Shown here one piece after another: positions 36,320 to 36,997 of a stretch of DNA of 36,997 nt. Below the pieces are notes generated by a model. That model was not told where the DNA came from and searched no databases. It worked only from the letters and a program-made list of their open reading frames with translations. Position numbers and translations under genes: made by a program. The first letter of the stretch is position 1, and each line of letters starts with the position of its first letter. This DNA is from Bacteroidales bacterium (GTDB lineage: Bacteria > Bacteroidota > Bacteroidia > Bacteroidales > UBA4181): positions 1 to 36,997 of the forward strand of contig JAISRX010000129.1 in assembly GCA_031273395.1 (NCBI GenBank), read 5' to 3'.

Positions 36320-36718
36320 TCAAGCCGTTTTCACACCGGGAGTTTCTTCCGCCTCTTTCTCGCGCACATTGGCAGAGGATGCATCCATCGAACATGTTCC
36401 GGAAAACTTGCAGCCCGGTTCAATGGACAGCTTGTTGGTGATGATGTCGCCCTTAACATTGGCGGTCGATTTGAACGCCAGCAGTTCCGAAACCGTAATT
36501 TGCCCGTCCACCTTGCCGAAGATATCCGAATTTTTGCAGTTGATCACTCCGTCCACTACGCCGGTTTGACCGATCACCACTTTTCCCCTGACATACAGGT
36601 TGCCTTTCAGCGAACCGTCCAGCCGGATGTCGCCGTTCGAATTAATATCTCCCACTATTTCCGTACCATGAATGATGGTATTGTGCGAATTGGGTTGTTC
36701 CTCAATGTATTTTGCCAT
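36320..36718 (-). CDS. Bactofilin-family cytoskeletal protein
   Basis: 132 aa. Repetitive beta-helix pattern ..IVGDINSNGDIRLDGSLKGNLYVRGKVVIGQTGVVDGVINCKNSDIFGKVDGQITV..VKGDIITNKLSIEPGCKFSG.. Confidence 0.85.
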   Translation of the reverse strand: MAKYIEEQPNSHNTIIHGTEIVGDINSNGDIRLDGSLKGNLYVRGKVVIGQTGVVDGVINCKNSDIFGKVDGQITVSELLAFKSTANVKGDIITNKLSIEPGCKFSGTCSMDASSANVREKEAEETPGVKTA

Positions 36719-36752
36719 GACTTTTCCGAAAAAGAAATAATAAATTATGCAC

Positions 36753-36760
36753 CAAAATTA
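36753..36760 (-). promoter_or_regulatory. Candidate -7 box TAATTTTG for the bactofilin gene
   Basis: The reverse complement of caaaatta lies 35 nt upstream of ATG 36718. Confidence 0.4.
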
Positions 36761-36878
36761 ATAAAATTTTGAATACAAACGTCAAAAATAATAAATATTT
36801 GACGGATTCGGAGTTTTTTTTGATTGAGCGGTAATTTTACGGTAAAGAAAACTACTGCACTTGATAAAGTGCAAACCG

Positions 36879-36910
36879 AAAACAGCCGCGATGACGTTTG
36901 CGGCTGTTTT
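36879..36910. terminator. 11-bp-stem hairpin, T-rich on both sides (bidirectional terminator candidate)
   Basis: aaaacagccgc (36879-89) pairs with gcggctgtttt (36900-10) around a 10-nt loop. It may terminate a minus-strand gene entering from the right edge of the window. Confidence 0.5.
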
Positions 36911-36997
36911 ACTGTTTTTATTCATAGCTGCCTTTCAGCTATTCATTTACCCATTTTACATAAACTACCGTATGGTTGTCGGAAAGGTAAATCGGTT

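Noticed and set aside
1-36997. Search for a multi-gene defence, toxin-antitoxin, secretion or biosynthetic system.
   Set aside because: Every long ORF with coding-like composition is either a recognisable housekeeping, envelope or stress gene, or a single accessory gene. I saw no clustered nucleases, helicases/ATPases, reverse transcriptases, methyltransferases, Cas genes, small paired ORFs or recombinases. I prefer to report none rather than invent one.

Overview
This window looks like a Bacteroidales chromosome segment, judging by TAnnTTTG -7 promoter boxes, short leaders without Shine-Dalgarno sequences, BACON domains and frequent lipoprotein signals. It is mostly housekeeping.

Gene content, left to right:
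- 1-570: a defective ISAzo13-family IS copy.
- 683-5855: an outer-membrane barrel and DUF4270-like lipoprotein pair (minus strand), then PBP1A.
- 5856-6461: a 600-bp A+T-rich spacer.
- 6462-15368: the distal part of the ribosomal-protein supercluster, rpsH-rplF-rplR-rpsE-rpmD-rplO-secY-map-infA-[lipoprotein]-rpmJ-rpsM-rpsK-rpsD-rpoA-rplQ.
- 15561-18466: a 2.5-kb segment bracketed by ~175-bp inverted repeats. It carries a BACON-BACON-esterase-FN3 lipoprotein gene and tRNA-Ala(GGC).
- 18467-19186: a 730-bp non-coding gap with a GC-rich structured island.
- 19187-21686: a coiled-coil membrane protein, panB and an RluA-family pseudouridine synthase.
- 22026-22412: a second ISAzo13 stub abutting a 41-bp tandem repeat.
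- 22507-30157: a minus-strand block of MscS channel, EEP-family protein, rhomboid, HAD hydrolase, MBOAT and pepD.
- 30692-36718: a GH78-like six-hairpin glycosidase, ahpC-ahpF, a SpmA/SpmB-like membrane protein and a bactofilin.

I found no recognisable multi-gene defence, toxin, secretion or biosynthetic system. The unusual signals are architectural:
- An unrecognised lipoprotein gene sits between infA and rpmJ.
- The r-protein cluster starts abruptly at rpsH behind its own promoter.
- Long inverted repeats flank the esterase/tRNA segment.
- Two inverted IS relics lie 21.5 kb apart, one fused to a young 41-bp minisatellite.
- One GC-rich island may be an unclassified structured RNA.

All family assignments come from reading the translated motifs. 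No database search was run.
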